Program-made: the position numbers and the translations under genes
Assembly: GCA_033764955.1 (NCBI GenBank)
Contig: JANRIL010000030.1
Span: forward strand, 27,430 to 91,429
Length of the DNA stretch: 64,000 bases
Source: Cyanobacteriota bacterium
GTDB taxonomy: Bacteria; Cyanobacteriota; Cyanobacteriia; Thermostichales; Thermostichaceae
Reading direction: 5' to 3'
Part shown: piece after piece, positions 62,647 to 64,000 of the stretch
Layout: every line of letters starts with the position of its first letter
How positions within the stretch are numbered: the first letter of the stretch is position 1
Notes under the pieces: generated by a model
Told to the model about the DNA's origin: nothing
What the model saw: the letters and a program-made list of their open reading frames with translations, nothing else
The model's database searches: none

Positions 62647-62718
62647 TGGGGCATCGCCAAGCGGTAAGGCAGCGGGTTTTGGTCCCGCCATCCCTAGGTT
62701 CGAATCCTAGCGCCCCAG
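62647..62718 (+). tRNA. trnQ: tRNA-Gln(UUG)
   Basis: Cloverleaf; anticodon arm GCGGG-TTTTGGT-CCCGC; T-arm CTAGG-TTCGAAT-CCTAG; CCA not encoded. Confidence 0.97.
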
Positions 62719-62812
62719 TTTTTACCACATTTTGTTTAATAAAGTCACTCTATAAATCCAGGAGAACTGACAGTAAACTAGCGTTAGTTCACCCTACCTA
62801 TCTGGCTCAGCC

Positions 62813-63490
62813 ATGCCTCTAACAATTCTTGTGGCTGAAGATGACGCAGCAACTCGGCTGGCGATCGGTGATTATTTGGCAGCAGTGGGTTACTCAGTAA
62901 TTGTGGCTGAGAATGGGACTGATGCCCTAAAAATGCTGGACAAATGGCAACCTCATTTGCTTGTAACCGATATCAATATGCCCAGCATGGATGGGTATCA
63001 GTTAGTGCAGAAGTTGCGGCAACAGCCAGAGCTTCGTCTGATGCCCGTAATCTTTCTCACGGCTCGTTCTCAGGTTGAAGAGCGCATTCGGGGCTATCAG
63101 GTGGGGGGTGATATTTACTTGCCAAAACCCTTTGAGCTGTCTGAATTAGGTGCAGTTGTGCGCAATTTACTGGAGCGATCGCAAATGATTCAACAGCACC
63201 TTGTCAAAGCAGAGTGGCAATCGCCAGCATCCGATAGCTCAGAGCTACAACAGACTTATACCTCAACAAGATCTGGCATTAACGCATCTGCCCAAATTGA
63301 TCTAACCACACGAGAACTGGACGTCTTAACGTTACTAGCAGATGGGTTATCCAACGGACAAATTGGCGAACAGCTCCACATCAGTGCTCGCACAGTAGAA
63401 AAGCACGTCAGCAGCTTACTGCGTAAAACGGATACTAGCAATCGGGCGGAACTCGTGCGCTATGTCATGACAAATCACTGGATCAACTAG
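62813..63490 (+). CDS. NarL/LuxR family response regulator (Ycf29-like)
   Basis: Receiver ILVAEDD...[32 protein letters not shown]. Confidence 0.92.
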   Translation: MPLTILVAEDDAATRLAIGDYLAAVGYSVIVAENGTDALKMLDKWQPHLLVTDINMPSMDGYQLVQKLRQQPELRLMPVIFLTARSQVEERIRGYQVGGDIYLPKPFELSELGAVVRNLLERSQMIQQHLVKAEWQSPASDSSELQQTYTSTRSGINASAQIDLTTRELDVLTLLADGLSNGQIGEQLHISARTVEKHVSSLLRKTDTSNRAELVRYVMTNHWIN

Positions 63491-63984
63491 CGATCGACCG
63501 ATAAGTGTTCAGTATTAATAATGTGCTGGAGCAAACCACCACAAGCATCCATCAACAGATCCAATACATAATTGAAGCCGTCAATACCGCCATAGTATGG
63601 GTCTGGTACTTCTCGATCGTGAGCATGTTGGCAAAACTCACACATCATTTTTACCTTCTTTGCATAGTGTTGCCCATGATCCAAGTAGGTAATAGCTTCA
63701 TAGTTATCCCGGTCCATCGCCAGAATCAGGTCGAACTCCTCAAAGTCCGTGCGAGAAAACTGCCGCGCTGACCCCGTCATAGCAAGCCCCCGCTGTTTGC
63801 CTGCTTGAGTCATGCGACGATCGGGTGGGTTTCCAATGTGATAAGCAGACGTTCCAGCAGAGTCACAAACAATCTGATCCTGCAAGTCTGCTTGCTGAAT
63901 CAGATGATTCATAATATTTTCTGCCGCTGGAGAACGGCAGATATTACCCAAGCAAACAAACAACACGCGATAGGGCGTAGTCAC
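63487..63984 (-). CDS. Low molecular weight protein-tyrosine phosphatase
   Basis: VCLGNICRSPAAE P-loop and VPDPYYG motif. Confidence 0.95.
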   Translation of the reverse strand: MTTPYRVLFVCLGNICRSPAAENIMNHLIQQADLQDQIVCDSAGTSAYHIGNPPDRRMTQAGKQRGLAMTGSARQFSRTDFEEFDLILAMDRDNYEAITYLDHGQHYAKKVKMMCEFCQHAHDREVPDPYYGGIDGFNYVLDLLMDACGGLLQHIINTEHLSVDR

Positions 63985-64000
63985 AGCGTTATGGAATCCC

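Noticed and set aside
62516..62728. 70-aa ORF on the minus strand
   Set aside because: It is the antisense reading of tRNA-Gln.
62718..64000. Genomic island integrated at tRNA-Gln
   Set aside because: No integrase or duplicated tRNA 3' end seen, and the downstream genes are ordinary cyanobacterial genes.

Overview
A cyanobacterial chromosomal window. Evidence: pedR, a CpcS-type phycobiliprotein lyase, tocopherol cyclase, a delta-9 acyl-lipid desaturase and Ycf35. The very frequent palindrome GGGATCCC, with canonical HIP1 GCGATCGC almost absent, points to the hot-spring Synechococcus/Thermostichus-like lineage (inference). Most of the window is core genes: ligA, bamA, msrA/msrB, holA, ispD, nadK, typA, thiO, recQ, ribBA, sds, radC, rpmB and tRNA-Gln, plus several signalling proteins. 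The standout accessory region is ~19.24-22.03 kb. It is bracketed by two copies of an IS630-type MITE and holds nested IS630 and IS256 remnants, then two attC sites flanking an apparently intact, compositionally foreign integron gene cassette and a probable second cassette. No integron integrase is in the window (CALIN-like). A GNAT gene at 9.7-10.2 kb also carries cassette-like scars. Other points of interest are a TetR-devB-(small ORFs)-devC-GNAT-devA operon with four operator-like repeats, an FHA-Anbu-kinase cluster, an orphan gvpG, and several strongly self-complementary intergenic regions that may be unannotated RNAs. All calls come from reading the sequence by eye; no database search was run.
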